64,000 nucleotides of DNA from Schizochytrium sp. TIO01 (Eukaryota > Protista > Bigyra: Labyrinthulomycetes). A program made the translations under genes and the position numbers. The notes beneath the pieces are model-generated. The model did not search any database. It worked only from the letters and a program-made list of their open reading frames with translations, and had not been told where the DNA came from. The stretch covers positions 3,194,483 through 3,258,482 of the forward strand of contig SMSO01000032.1 of NCBI GenBank assembly GCA_004764695.1, written 5' to 3'. This document shows, one piece after another, positions 33,218 through 47,000 of the stretch; the stretch's first letter is position 1, and the number at the start of each line of letters is the position of its first letter.

Positions 33218-36200
33218 CCTACATACTCCTTGAAAGTTAGTAGTTCTCGGAAAAGACCATGGCTGTTCTTGAGTAAAATATATATCCTCAGCTAAAAGCC
33301 TTTTTTCAAAGCATCTTGGATTTGACATGAGAATTACACTCCATCTTGAATCTTTTCTTAGCCAAAATAGTGCCCCTCAAGACGTCATAAATACGAGAAG
33401 TCTCTCTACAACGCCTACTAGCTTCTCGTTGCCTTCATCAAGAGCTTAGAGAACCACTTTACGCTTCAGACACAACGATACTACGGCTGCCTGACAGACC
33501 ATACTTTTCGCACATGTACAGAACTGCTTTGTATCTTGACTGGCGTAATACTTGGATATTCTTTCAGAGAGTGCGTAGAGTAAGAGAATTAACCACTACT
33601 TGAGTGAACCCACTTCTTTCGTAAGTATTTACATCTACTAGGTGTCGCTTTATCATAAACTTGAAGATCGCAATGACGTTGTTCTTAGGGAAGTAGTTCG
33701 TTGAGAGCAGAGCAGCTGTGTTCCTACTTGTTCCACAACTATGTTGAATATAGGGCAACTTATTGTAACCTGGCCATCTCATAATATGAAATTACTAACG
33801 AATGAAATCTCGTCCGTGGGATCTTCTTAGTGCGCATACTAATGATCGCGACCTTGGCCCTCCACCATCTTGTGTCTAGATCGCATAATCTTGCCAACAT
33901 TATATGAATCATTCCCACGAGCCTTCTTTCTGGATTGAGTGCAGCCATTGGAGTACTTCGAGAGGTATTTGTGAATCATAATCTTGGTTGATGCTAAATA
34001 GTGACTACAAGTGAGAATCCCGAGCTCATAAATATCTGTCCCAAGAAGAAAGAAGAAGAAATTGTTATTTGTTCGAAAAACCTACCTATAAGTTGTTTTT
34101 TAAATTTCACGTTTTAGATTACTTTCATTCCGAAACATTTATGCAGACCATTATAGTAAGTCCGTAGAGTTTATTACACTCTCGCAAGTCAGAAGTGATA
34201 AGCTGAAATCTTCTAAAGCCATAACAACCATCTGCATTTTCCTTGGACGTAACGTAAGCACTAATCTTAAGTGAAACCTCTGATTAGTAGTGAGAGTGAA
34301 GAAAATGGTTAAAGCTCTCAGATTAGCTAATCTCTCTAAAAGAAAAGAAAAAGAAAAAGAAAACAAGGGAATAAAGTAATGTTGGATCGGGCTAAACTGT
34401 AAGTAGTATCCCCCGTGGTATTTCAGCCTCGTTGACTCAGGATTTGTAGTGTTGCTCGCTCGCAATGAGTTGCAGAGGTACAGTATAATAAATCTTGGCT
34501 AGACCCAAGACAGCCGTGGAGACGTGCGACGATTCTTTAACGATGACTAAACTTTATGGATGATGCACAAAAAAACAGTCCAAAGTGTGTGCGCGCGTAC
34601 CCAATAGCCCAAAAAGGAAATGAATGCTGATGTGGGTGCTGATGTGGGCGCACGCCCGGCTCCACCATGCCAGCTTTGTCAGCTTGTTTCATTCGCGGGG
34701 GGAAGCAGGTGCGTAATTGAGTTGATGTTCCTGCTCTTTTGCTAGATCTCGTGCATTACGTCTGTTTGTTCACATGCCATGCAAGTGAGATACTAGTAGA
34801 GGCAACGAGAAGCCTTTCATTTTAAAACTAAAAAAGAGCATTGCCTTGAAGCCTCATAGTAGGGAGTGAGAGCAGTGTAACAATGGAAGCCTATTATCAT
34901 TCCCAAGCTTATTTCATGCTAAGATGAATTGGAATTGGGTAGCCTGGGAGTGAGTTTGAGTTTCAACAAGAAAGCTGTTATATATATTGCGACGAATTGG
35001 TTATCTTTTAGCAAACATCTGACCAAAGACCTTGAATAGCTCATCCTTTGTTCTTTGAATTGTTTTTTCAATGCACCCACTCCTTCTCTTCAAATGGAAG
35101 AGGTAATTCGTGGGTCCCAGAATTGTAGGTCCCCACTGGAACTCCCCTGTTGTCCTCGTAAGGGTAGTATCCACACCTCTGCAACCCTGAAGCTACCATC
35201 CGCTCACGTTGTTTATCGAAAAGATTGGACACGAATACCATTCTGAGCTCGGTTATGCTTTTGTGGTTAACTGCATCTCTCGGCAGTCATCTCCTCGGAT
35301 ATTTCATACAGAAAGATTAAAACTTTAAAAATGATTTTTTTTTGTTTGGGGGGGGGGGGGGGGTAGCTGCATCAATCAGAATTTCCGCAGTGCTTCTATA
35401 CTCCTCGCACACACGCAAACACCACAAACACTCAATTCCACGAAGTGGGCTGCGTTGTCATTTGTACTAATTTCGGGTCAAATGAATGTTTCACCTCTCG
35501 ATTTCAAAAGGCGCGCAGAAACTTCAACACATCATACTGTCTGGGAGTACGCCTTGGCAGCCGCTTCCTTTTAAACACTAATGTCTCGGATACCTAGAAA
35601 ATACCTGCCGGAGTGTTGTGTGGCAATAGCAGCCTGGCCGTAACCGGTAAACCTTGTTGAACCCTTTCCGCCAGCCAGACTAGCCTCTTCTTTTCGACAT
35701 TCCGGGTTTTTTGACTTGGCTCTCAAAACTTACTCTGAAAATGAAAGTCTTTTCAAACAACTGGCTACGTCCCTATCTACTACCTAACTATGTATGTACG
35801 CCAGCTCGTGGCAAGTGCTGCAAACTTTCACGTGCCAATTCTCTTTTAGGTAGTATATATCTATCTATAGCTAGCTAGTACTACAAGCGGAAAAAGTGTG
35901 CGAGGGCAGTGCACAGCTGGTAGTCAGAACAGATGGCCAAAGTCGGTGCACCGTTCCTACACTAAAGTTCTACAGGCGTAAATTATTCCGCCAGGGCCGC
36001 CGCGAGCGAAGAAAATGAACAGCCCCAGGACGATTTGCTGGGCAAGCTGCCATGGTTGCGAAAGACTCGGTTACCACGTCCTAGTCTTGAGTTTGCGAGG
36101 GAGCGTCTGGGCGGAACAAGACCCAGCGCATAATGGCCGAGCAGGATTTCTTGAATTCGTTGCTCGTGTCAAACTAACGGTACAGCTGCTCGTGCTGGCC

Positions 36201-36725
36201 GTACCTACCACTTTGTCTACATCCCACAGGCTGAGCATTTGCTCGTAACCACATTGCAGGTAGGTGCGAGGAGCCAACTAAAGATGGCTTCTGCGAAGGT
36301 CGACAGGGAGCAAGGAGAATAGGGTTCACCATTTCAAGGACCTAGATACCTGATCTTAGATACAAGCTAAGAGGTCATACTGGCTTGATATGGCTCAGTG
36401 CTCTGAAGGAAGAAGAGGGCCTCTCGTCTCCAACGTACCACGAACTGCCTTTGTCAGAACTTTGGCCATGATCACTCATCCAATCTCAGAAGATTGCGCC
36501 CTACTTGGTGTATCGTCATCGTCGTCATTGGCAATTTTACTGGTATGGATGCATGCACATTCACAGTGCATCCAGCAAAACTAGAACCGCAGCATACGTA
36601 CATGAAGTAGCTGGCTGGATCTGTAAGCCCTGACAATCAAGACTAGTATATTTATCGCAAATCCCAAACTGGTTGCGGCTCCAGCAACTATTGCAAGCGA
36701 CCAACGAAAGCTTAAGTTTAGCATC

Positions 36726-38015
36726 ATGGGTCAGTGTTTGGGACGTAGCAGTGCTAATAAACCAGATATTGCGCTGAGTCCAATCAAATGCACAGAGGCA
36801 AAGGTCTTGAACGCAAACCTGGGCACCTGCAGAAGCAGCAGCAGTAGCAGTAGTAGCAGCAGCAGCAACAGCAGCTTGGAGAAAGAAGAGGGTGAAGTCC
36901 AGCCCAGTGTTGACAATGATTATACTGTTGATGACGCGGACGAAGACGAAAGCCAAGATGGGGACGCGGAAGAAGATGAAGGCAGAGGCAGCATCTTGCC
37001 GGGAAACAAGATTGTTACACGTCGTCAAATGAAATGGGTCCGCAATGAGCAAGGCAGTCTTGGTAGAAGCACGAAAATATCCCTTGAGGATCACTTTCGC
37101 GCGTTACTTGCGGACTTTCGAGGTACATCTAGTGCCCCCGGGGGAGGAGAAGGCGATCGCATGCCGCGTGCTGCACTCCTGAAGTATTTCAAGCGAGATG
37201 GTGCGTCTCTTGATCTGGAACTCTTTGACAAGGTTTTTAAACTCTTTGATGCAGATTCTGATGGTGAAATCAGCAAAGAAGAGTTTACTGTTGCATTTGG
37301 TTTTATCACTTACAGGGGATCTGCAAAGGACTTGGTTGAGCTGGCATTCTTCTTGTTCGACACGAATCGTGATGGACAACTCTCACGTCGCGAATACAAT
37401 GACATGATTTCATGTCTGGTTGGCATGAAACTTGAAAATTTGCTCAAGATCGAGGGCGGGCAGAGCGCTATCGAATCCTTTTTAAAGAAGGAGCACAGTG
37501 ATGAGCTCTTGAGTTTCCTGGAAGCTTGCAAGTTCTTCCGAGAAGAACAAGTTGGGCCTCGCCGAAATCATCGAACGTTGCTCACAGTGATTGAGGCCAG
37601 TGAAATATTTGAAACCTATCTTGAGGTTGACTCTCCTATGCAAGTGAACGTGTCTGCAACAATGCGGGAGAAATGCCGTCATCAGATTGAGCGCGTCAAC
37701 AAAAAGAACACGCTGAAACATGTTACTTCTCTCTCCCTTGTCTTTGACGAGGCTGCAAGAGAGGTTCTTCACATCCTTGAAGCTGGTCCACTCATGCGAT
37801 TTAAGGTAGCCCTACGTCAAGGTAAGATACCTGAATTTGCTGATGCAGCATGGGCTATCGCTGGGGCTGATGACACAGTTAAAACAATGAGTCTGGATGA
37901 TTTCCGTCATTGGGCAGATGCAAGTCCTCAGACGATGTCTTTGTTCACAGAGCTCACACAATTGCTTGACGCTGCGACTATGCAGCTATTCAACAAATCA
38001 AATGCAGCTGCCTAA
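36726..38015 (+). CDS. N-acylated EF-hand (NCS/calcineurin-B-like) protein with an RGS domain
   Basis: MGQCLG N-terminus (Gly2/Cys4). EF loops DADSDGEISKEE and DTNRDGQLSRRE. RGS signature FLKKEHSDELLSF...IFETYL...SPMQVNVS...FDEA.REV...L.....RF. Confidence 0.88.
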   Translation: MGQCLGRSSANKPDIALSPIKCTEAKVLNANLGTCRSSSSSSSSSSSNSSLEKEEGEVQPSVDNDYTVDDADEDESQDGDAEEDEGRGSILPGNKIVTRRQMKWVRNEQGSLGRSTKISLEDHFRALLADFRGTSSAPGGGEGDRMPRAALLKYFKRDGASLDLELFDKVFKLFDADSDGEISKEEFTVAFGFITYRGSAKDLVELAFFLFDTNRDGQLSRREYNDMISCLVGMKLENLLKIEGGQSAIESFLKKEHSDELLSFLEACKFFREEQVGPRRNHRTLLTVIEASEIFETYLEVDSPMQVNVSATMREKCRHQIERVNKKNTLKHVTSLSLVFDEAAREVLHILEAGPLMRFKVALRQGKIPEFADAAWAIAGADDTVKTMSLDDFRHWADASPQTMSLFTELTQLLDAATMQLFNKSNAAA

Positions 38016-39094
38016 GTGTCACCGTCGTAGCCATCGTACTCAAAGCATGCACACAGATGATGGTTTGATAAACCTCAAATTCTCTGCTACAAGAAGCAAC
38101 ATGCACAGGTTAGAGAGAACGGCAAAAGGTTAGCCTGGAAATTTGATGTTATGCTTCTTATATGTGGATTATGCTGAATAAATACTATGTGGCGTTCTAG
38201 ATAATAGAACTTCCTATTTTGAGTGTTGCGAGTGTCCTTCTCCTAGGGAACTCATCTTTTGCTCAGATTCAGAAACAGAAGCAGCTTTGCATACAGTAGT
38301 ATCAGCAGAACTTGTCTTCTTTTCACTTACATAGATTTAAAAGTAGACGTTTCTGGGATGGATAGTTTGCTTATTGGCTAACTAACCCGTTTCACAAACG
38401 GTTCCACTATGTCCCTCTATTATTATTACGATGCTTCCTCTTTACCTCTTTTACACAATGAGGCAAAATTGCACTAGCAATCGCCAAGATCTTTTCTAAT
38501 TTCTTTCCTTCTTTATTGTGAAATTATAAGTTACTATTTTCTTTTGTTGTCATCAGATCGCCTTGTCGGATAGAAATAAAACTGAGTTGTTTGTTCCCGG
38601 AAAATACATCCAAAGGGGTATTAGGGACACCTCTACAGACTGTAACGAGTTCCACATGCATATCTTCTCGACGAAAGTCACAGTCCTCTATAAACATAGT
38701 ACGCTAGTAGAATAACGCTCCCCCCGGATGTAAAACATAAAAATGGATATAACTCAAATACGTTACTTGTCGAAGAGGTATTTACGAGAACATGCATGTT
38801 ATCTTATCAAACACTTGCTTATTGCACTTACTACAACGATGAAGAAACGAAACCAGAATCAAAGTCTTTTGAGTCTGAAGGTCGCAATACCTTTTGATTT
38901 AAAAAAAAAGCAAAAGCAAGCCTGAACACATATATGTAAAGCCCACACAACGGACCAGATAGTAATGGCTGATTGGTATATCGTAAGAGAGGAAAGGCAC
39001 TCCGATCAATAGACACGATGGAAGATACAGGGCAAGAAACAGTCAAACACGAATTGAAATTTATAAAAGACAGTCGTTGGAAAAAGGTTCTTTA

Positions 39095-41083
39095 TCAACT
39101 CTTATCAAAGTATAACGGAACAAACCGCACTGCAGAGCATCCGTCCGGATGTTCGTAATTAACCATAAGAAGTGCACCAGGAGCAAATGAGGGTTGGAAA
39201 GCTATCTCACGGGGTAGCGCACCTGGGGGGCCCCAAATAAAGCCAAGAAAAAAGAATGACAACTGAGGCTCCCAGCGCGCAGCATACAATGCAACGGCAG
39301 GGGAACCATGAAAACTCAGCGCAAGGCGGTCACTAGAAGTGTTCCATGCCATACTTCGCACACGTACACAAGGGGTAAGCCCCAAGCCGGCCGCAGGCCC
39401 AATAAGACTTGATACATCAAGTTCCAGAGGAACAAGTTCGCCGCCAATCTTGGGTGGCTTGAGTACAAAGGAAATAGCAAAAACAGAAACCTTTGCGGGG
39501 TCCTCTTCCCCACGTACCTGTGTGGCAGAGGGCCCCGTAGAAACGAGCAAAGTCTTGCCGTCGCCAGACCATGTTGCATCTTGTACCTCGTGTGTGAAAT
39601 CCGACCAGAGTTCACAACCCCAAGATTTAGCCTCCCAGATACGAAAGCCTAGGCCACGTGCACCCGCGTAGAGAAAGGATCCATTCGGAGACCAAAGAAG
39701 TTGATCTGTTGTACCACGTAGACGCTGCAGACGAACATTAGTCCGGCTGCCTACATCCCAAAGAAGAATGTCACCACTCAAGGCGCTTCCACATGCCAAA
39801 GATCGACCGTTTGGGCTCCATGCAAGCGTGCCGACTGGGAAGCCATCTGAAGCGAGGTGCACCATCTGCTGCATCTTATTTGTCCATACACAGACGCCAG
39901 TGCTGCAACCCAGAGCAAGTCCATCGTCGCTCATTGGCTGCCATGAAATGCATGTCACATCGCGTTGGAACTCGTGAGTGATCAGTCCCTTCGCGCAATC
40001 CTTCCACTGGCCTGCTTCCAGAGACAGGACTCTTAAGCTTTCATCTTGCAGCACAACCGCCAGCCGGAGTTGTTCACAATGCCATGCGACATGCTTCGCC
40101 ACTGGCATTAAATCATCGTTCCCAAAAGCACCACCGCTAAACTTCGCAGACCTCAACTTCATCGCATTTGCTGCAGACTCAAATAACATTCGGTACACCC
40201 ACTTATTCTCCAACATGGACGGCGCCACAGTGTTCAGCACGGCAGCAACCGCAGAAGCTACTGATCCAAGTTGCATTCTTTTGCTTGCCCAACTGCGAAC
40301 CCGTAAGCTGCCCGGCTCACAGGCCATGAATCGTAAAGGGATCTCAGGAATGGGCTGACTGTGAGGATCATCTGAGGCGAGGCTACTTCCATCCCAGGCT
40401 CTACGGAGGGTGGCATCAGACTCCCACACGGTAGGCGGGTCGAGTAGGCCGCTATCAACGGTGATGAAGTAGAGCAGGCGCGCAAGACAAGCAGCATCGA
40501 GGTTGCAGTAGCCTTGGACAACCTCATCAGTACTCATTCCGAGAGAATCCTTCAGTGTAAGATTCAACCTCTTGCAGAAATTTGGGTCCTTTTCGAAGCG
40601 GGACGTGGCTTGAAAAGATGTCGCTAGCATGCCCATCAAGTTTTCCATGAACGCTCTGCGGTTGGTCTCCAGATGCCGATCCTCGGCAGCGCCGATATCT
40701 ACATTATTCGGAGTATCAGCCGCATTGTTGGATTCGCTTTCACTGTTATTTTTCGATGTTTGCTCAAATTTACTGCTCGTCGTCTTATTATACTCGTGGC
40801 CATCTTCAGCAGCAACTTGGTGCCTGTGATGAGCCTCGAGAGCGCCAAAGCCAGGAACAAGTCGCAGCTGTTCTACAACCTTGAAGAGCTCGGTCTCAAT
40901 TTTGTCAAAGTCGTGCGCAAGATTCTCTGGGATGTGTTCCGGCGTTCCTACTAGCGCCCAGTCGTCGAGTGCTTTGCCAGCCTCCTCGTCAGGGCTGCCC
41001 CGACGACCCTTCTGCACCACTTCGTGCAGCCGCTCCACAGCGGCGTGCCGCTGGTAGAGTGCTCGCCACAACGTCTCCTCCAT
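39095..41083 (-). CDS. AAAS: Aladin-like WD40 nucleoporin with long N-terminal extension
   Basis: First ATG at 41083. Motifs FQRDVTCISWQP..LALGC..GVCVW, LAWSPNG, LLWSPNG, FRIWE...W..E.W and MAW....RLA match the Aladin pattern. Confidence 0.75.
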   Translation of the reverse strand: MEETLWRALYQRHAAVERLHEVVQKGRRGSPDEEAGKALDDWALVGTPEHIPENLAHDFDKIETELFKVVEQLRLVPGFGALEAHHRHQVAAEDGHEYNKTTSSKFEQTSKNNSESESNNAADTPNNVDIGAAEDRHLETNRRAFMENLMGMLATSFQATSRFEKDPNFCKRLNLTLKDSLGMSTDEVVQGYCNLDAACLARLLYFITVDSGLLDPPTVWESDATLRRAWDGSSLASDDPHSQPIPEIPLRFMACEPGSLRVRSWASKRMQLGSVASAVAAVLNTVAPSMLENKWVYRMLFESAANAMKLRSAKFSGGAFGNDDLMPVAKHVAWHCEQLRLAVVLQDESLRVLSLEAGQWKDCAKGLITHEFQRDVTCISWQPMSDDGLALGCSTGVCVWTNKMQQMVHLASDGFPVGTLAWSPNGRSLACGSALSGDILLWDVGSRTNVRLQRLRGTTDQLLWSPNGSFLYAGARGLGFRIWEAKSWGCELWSDFTHEVQDATWSGDGKTLLVSTGPSATQVRGEEDPAKVSVFAISFVLKPPKIGGELVPLELDVSSLIGPAAGLGLTPCVRVRSMAWNTSSDRLALSFHGSPAVALYAARWEPQLSFFFLGFIWGPPGALPREIAFQPSFAPGALLMVNYEHPDGCSAVRFVPLYFDKS

Positions 41084-44000
41084 CACGAATCGAGCTTTAA
41101 CAACTGGTCGTTTGATGACGATTCGACGGCTCCCAGTGGATTGGCCGTAGATAGATAGTCTGCCTTTACTGATACCTGATAGTTATTAATTTGATCTCTC
41201 CATCATACAGTGAATTAGTGAATCAATCAATCATTTTCTGTGATGATGTACCGGGACTAAGTGCTTATTTCTTTTCAGGATAGTCAATGCAAAAGATAGA
41301 CAGCTTTAATCAAGTTGATCTGTTTGTCTCAATCAATGGGGTAATATTGATGCTGCCATGGTAAGGTTTCAAGAGACAAACCCCCCAAAATCCAAAAAAT
41401 TCAACATAACTGCCCAATTTGTGGAGAGGCGATAGGCTCGGTCCATTTATATAAAAAGACCTTTTCGTTATAAAACAGACTTAAAAATTATAATGCTATC
41501 CTTCCTAATAAATAAAAATAAACGAAAACTATCCCACTCAGAAGGTAATGAGTTCTTATCTTTTTTGAAAATTCAAGCCAAAATAATCGCTCAGTCTACC
41601 TCTAAGGTAGATAAAAAAAACTTGGGTTCAAGACAAACGAACAAAGAAGCTTGATATTGAAATCAAAGCTAATGCACTGCTGCGAGGAGAGTCGTGAAAT
41701 CAATGCAGCTGCTTAATCAGCGCATGAGCTAAGCGAGAAATGGAATCTGCACACTAAAAAAGGAAGAAAAGGTGTGAGATATCGTAGACTTCGCAGAATA
41801 TAACTCTTTCTTCAGATCTTCAGAACAGTCTATAATAAAACTAAGTTAAACGCGGACTAATTCTCCCTCTCTGTCTGGCAATCGTTTGAACTTGAGGATA
41901 ATCTGAAAACCTTATACATTGAAATATGAGCTACGGTTCTTTACATCAAAGAGTAAATCAGAGGCCAAACCATATTGTAAAGTAGTGATGGAACGAATCA
42001 GGTATTTATCCTAATAAGATTTTAACGAGTACCCATAGGAAAAAGCACAGAAACGTTGTTTATTCAGAAGTGATCAGCAAATTCGGTTTTGATTCTGGGT
42101 CATGTATCAAAGTAACGATAACGCATTGGATCAACAAAAGGTTGCCAATCTATGACGTAATGAGCGATTTGGCTCTGATCGTAAAGTAACAACAATCCGG
42201 CAAGGGTCGAAGCATTCGACTGAGGTTGCAATGTCCATGATATTATTTTCTAAAGCAAAATGCCGCAAAAGTAATGAATTATAACCACAAGTTTGTAAGA
42301 GCATATACACCTTATACAAGAGTATATCTAGGTCAAATAAGGTGATATACTGGAGAAAGTGTCACATGATAAGGGAAAATTGACTCATTTTGACCGGCAT
42401 GTATTTGAGCCTCCTGAACAAGAAGCCTGAAGCGTGGAGCAGTTTCATAGAAAAGGAGAGTCAAAAGTAGCATGGACATGGTTATTATCTTTGCCCCTCT
42501 CTCTACACCTACCTATATTTTAAATAAGGGGAAGATGAGAGACGGCACTACAGCTAGTTTTGACTGGCCACAGTTACAAAGTAAGCTGTAAATAGACTTT
42601 GCTTCGAGAGAAGTCTTTGCGACTGCGTCATTTAACAAAATTGTAACTATTTCAACTTTCCTCCTATCCTGATAAAAAAAAGAAAAAAGCAAGTAATGCG
42701 CGAAAATATACGCGTTATTGTAGGTGAGTAGGTGCTTGAATGCACTGTATTGGGGTTCACGAAGTTGAGTTCTTAAATTAATGTGTTGTTCGCTCTGCTG
42801 CCTGTTGGTTGATTATGAATGGTAAGAAGGTGAAAAACCATGGGAAAAAAGCTGCAGGAGCAAGTACTCAACGGTAACTTCTTAACAATGCGTCAGGACA
42901 CTTTGCGGTGGGAACATGGGGGTACCTTGAGGGTCGCTGTCAGATCATTGTTCACTAACATGTGACGGAGGACTTTTACAATGCAACGTTTCAGGTGCTC
43001 ATGTGCTCTCCACGTGAGCTTTGCGTTTGGCTTCTCTGTTAAATGTCCCTGATTTAGTGGAAAATGCAAGGTTGCTTAGAATCTGGACATTCATTGAGCT
43101 TTAGTAATAAATTTGCCAATTCATTATGCAGCTGCATTGGTTCTCTTCTCTTTCTTCTTGTTTTTTTTTATTATTAATCTATTCAGTGACTCCAGCATTA
43201 TCAATATGGATAGTGAAATATTCAGTCACACTCTAAGAACTTAAATCAACCGCTCAGAAAGTAAGAGCTGCTTCGAAAAAAAGGTAAAAATAAAAATGTT
43301 AAGGCTGGTGCAAGCTGTCATTTGTTCTGCAAGCGCAGTGTGTTGTTTGTCTCGATGATACCTGCACCCACCCCAAGCAATGTTGACAACTCTGCGACGC
43401 GGTGCATGTGATTTCCGTCGTCATTAAACATCATCGTTTATAACGGGTACGTCCCAACCCTTTCGATATTGCCTATTCTTTCAGACAATTTGATTTCATC
43501 AGTGACACTGGTAAAGAAAAGCATGATGCTTGCGGGTCGACAGAAGGAAATTTAATTGACAAGTTGTGATAGATAAAGAAATGATTTTATCGTTGCAAAT
43601 AAATAAATAAAATGAATGCTGCACTATGAGCTGAGACGAATTAATTGAATCAACTGAGAAGGTTTTGACGATGTGAGGACACTAAGAAAAAGAAGAAAGT
43701 CTACAGGTTCGTGAAAGCCAACTGTGCAGCCTTCATTGAGGCCCTTTCTGGTGACTACTACGTAGTTGCTCCGACTTTACCTTCAACCAAACAAATCGTC
43801 CTACGTCAAATAGGATACACAGTATTCTAAAAACCTTTTAATTAAAAAAGGAAAAAAAAAAAAAGAGCTAAAATACCCCGTAACGAATCTTTTTCAAACC
43901 TAGGAGATTGAAAAACACTACGTACTGTTAGTAGCAACATCAACAATACCAAAATTTTCTAATGTCTCGAAACAGTTCGTGCGAATGTATGCTTAGTTAA

Positions 44001-47000
44001 CAGAGCGTACGCGTATATTGTCAGATTCATGCATGCAGCACGGAATTCCCCAAACAGTTTTATGTTACAATGCGTTTCTTGTGGTGACTCAGTGTCGCTG
44101 GCAAAGGCGAAACGTTCCTTTTATCAATAAAACAGGCTTTACAACCTATAGCAGCGCTCAAATTCTCGTCTCTTAGCGATATAGTCGTCACTAAAGCTAC
44201 GTTTGCTATTTAAGCACGGCTGCAAGCATTACGAAATCAGTTCAATACAGTCGCAAAAACATGTGCCTGTGTCAGAAAATTCTTCTTCATAGCGCACGCA
44301 AATGTGTCTATTGAGGGAAAGTGGCGGAAGCAAAGATGGGGGTACCATGTATGGAGGCTGTCAGGTAGGCGGGTGGCAATTATTGTACCGGGGTGGCAAT
44401 ATTCTTTCCAAAATTGGTACCTACAGATTGAACTTTGTTTTATGTTGTCACTTTCCTCGCGCTGGAGGTGCTCAGATGTCAGATTGCACCAAGTCGGCGA
44501 ATTGGCATTGCAGGGCCCAAATTGCAATATTTCTTTGCACAATACCGTAGTATGGCTATGGCTCGCATGAAAACTTCTAAACTTTGCCATTCCTCGAGCT
44601 GTTCATTCGGGTCGCTTCGTTACGTTGTTGTGTTGGGCGCCTCCTTCCACATTCTTCTACAACGATACTTTAATTTTTGAGTTGCTTATCTCTAGAGAAT
44701 ACGTGCAATGTCGCTAATGAGAGCTTTGAGTGCAGTATCTATCGCGACTTTAGGGCCTGTCGATGTATTGGGCCAGGATTCTCGTTCAACGTCATTATCT
44801 TTGCTCTCAAGACGACATCCGCCTTTTAACTTCTGGTGAACACTCAAGTCAAAGCATGTCACTTCTACCATGCAACGACATCTTTCCACATTACTGTACC
44901 AGTTAATTCAAAGGGGCTATGTGGTTCGAGCCCTCAGTAAATAAAATAAAACTCCATGAATTGAAAGGACCTTCCTCTTCAACATTAGGAAAGAAAGGTT
45001 GAGAAACGAATTGAAAGCACAAGAAAACAAAGGCCTACATGACGACAAAAGTTCTGAAGAAGTGATTATTCACGTGACATCCGGAGTCCTGTACTTTTAC
45101 ACAACTACTCCTGACAACTTTTTCAACAACTGATGAAGAGTAAAAACTGTTTGTAATAAGTATAATTTTAAAAAATTATTATGATTTGTTTACCTTATGA
45201 TAACCCTAGAGAATAAAGTAACAAATGTTTTTAAGTAACGAGAAAGAAGGAAGAACAGAACTAATAATTCATAGTCATTAGTTGCTAAACGAGGAGAAAA
45301 GGAATTTAAAGCTGTTCATCCAACTCCTTTGCTAATCTAGATAGGTTCTAGACAGCTACAGTTCTCTCGCTTGCTCAGCGCGACGTTGATCGCACTGAGT
45401 CACTGTACTTTTGGGGGGAGAGCTGCCTTGGGTAAGAAGGAGAGCATTTTCGAGCATACGACCATAATGTCTTCCTCTGCAAACGTGAATTCTGTTTCTG
45501 CGATACTTTCCATCATCTCCAAGCGCTCTCGAGATGGCCCATCTTCGTCCCATCGTTGCGTCCATATTCACTATTCATTCTTCTTCGAAATACACTTTAC
45601 TAAAACAATTTTTTTTTTCTGTGTAAACTTAAAAGTGGAAGAATAAAAAAACGCTGGTACTACTAACAAGGGATGCAAAAAAGAATCTTTCCGAATCTTT
45701 CTTCTTCTTACTACTACGATTATTTACGTATAAACACTTTTTTTTCATTTTTTTCAGATCAGACAGACCAGAACAGAACAGACTATGTAAAAGGATATAG
45801 GTAGGTACTATCTGTTTCTTAAAGAAAGGTTAGACCTTTCTCTCTCTTCTTTTTGGCGGAAGAATTCCTGTCAACAAAGGTAGTTTTCAATTTTTTATTT
45901 GTTAAAAACAAAACAAACAAAAACTTGAACAAGATCTCATATTAAAAGAGGCATTAGAAAAGGTAAACAAAGAAGAAGGAGCGAGAATAGAAAGGTAGTC
46001 TAATACCAAATAAGGGTAATAAGCGAATATGTAAGGGAAACTGTGTTCTTTTCAGATCCTTGCAAAGGCAAGAAAGATGCTACATAGTAGCGAATACACG
46101 AACTAAACAGTACTTCGGTTGTACTTCGGTTGGCGAGTTAACATCATGGTCTAAGCGAACAAATGAAATGGGACTTGGAACTACTTTAGTTTCCCTCCAG
46201 GGGCCAAGAAAATTTGGAAACCGCTAGATATGCACGTCCAACTTGCACGTGGATTAAGCTGGTGTTCATCTATTAAATTGTACCTTCACGGTTGATGCTC
46301 CTGCGCTCAGAAGTGAGAACTTGCTTCTTTACTTCTATATTACGATCTTCGAACCCCTTCTTTGCAAGTATTGCTTTCTAATCATTGGCTCGCTCATTCA
46401 GATATATATTTTAACTGACTACAGCACCCGATCTAATTGATAAATACTTATTGATTGTTTGTGCGAGTGCATTGCAAAATCTCATCATCATCTCGACAAT
46501 GGTCCATGGTCCACGATTTTTCATCTGATGAAAATATAGGCACCCACCTATAGCGAGTTATCTCATGTTGCATAGATTCTATCTGCTCTGACACCAGTTT
46601 CTAACCTAACAACACAACCAACTATCCTCATGCATTGCCAGCGGTATGGCATTAGCTTTGGTTTCAACCCGAATGAACTATAACAGATACGAGTACCCTC
46701 TGACCCGCAATAGTGCTGTTCTTCGCTGTTGATGTATCGCGACAATTGTATTTTCTGTTAAAACTCATCCCACGATCTCACCCCTTATCAGTCGCTATTT
46801 CCTGCTAGTAGCTCAGAACCAGGCTGAAGATTTCCCATGAAGAAGGAAGGGAATGCGAAGAGGAGCGTCTCTTTCGCCACTAGCCACATTGTACCTGAGC
46901 AGGCAGATAAAAGGTAGCAGAGGCAAAGGCCAACTGGAATGATGAATTGCTGAGAGGAAACAACGATCATTGAAGTGCACAGCAAGTGCAGAGGCGCTCT

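Noticed and set aside
33740-33920. Chromodomain-like fragments on the minus strand (YNVGKIMRSR ... IMRWPGY)
   Set aside because: Different frames, stops and wrong spacing; too weak without a profile search.
44300-44570. VGELALQGPN resembling an acyl-CoA ligase motif
   Set aside because: Isolated short match with no other family motif.
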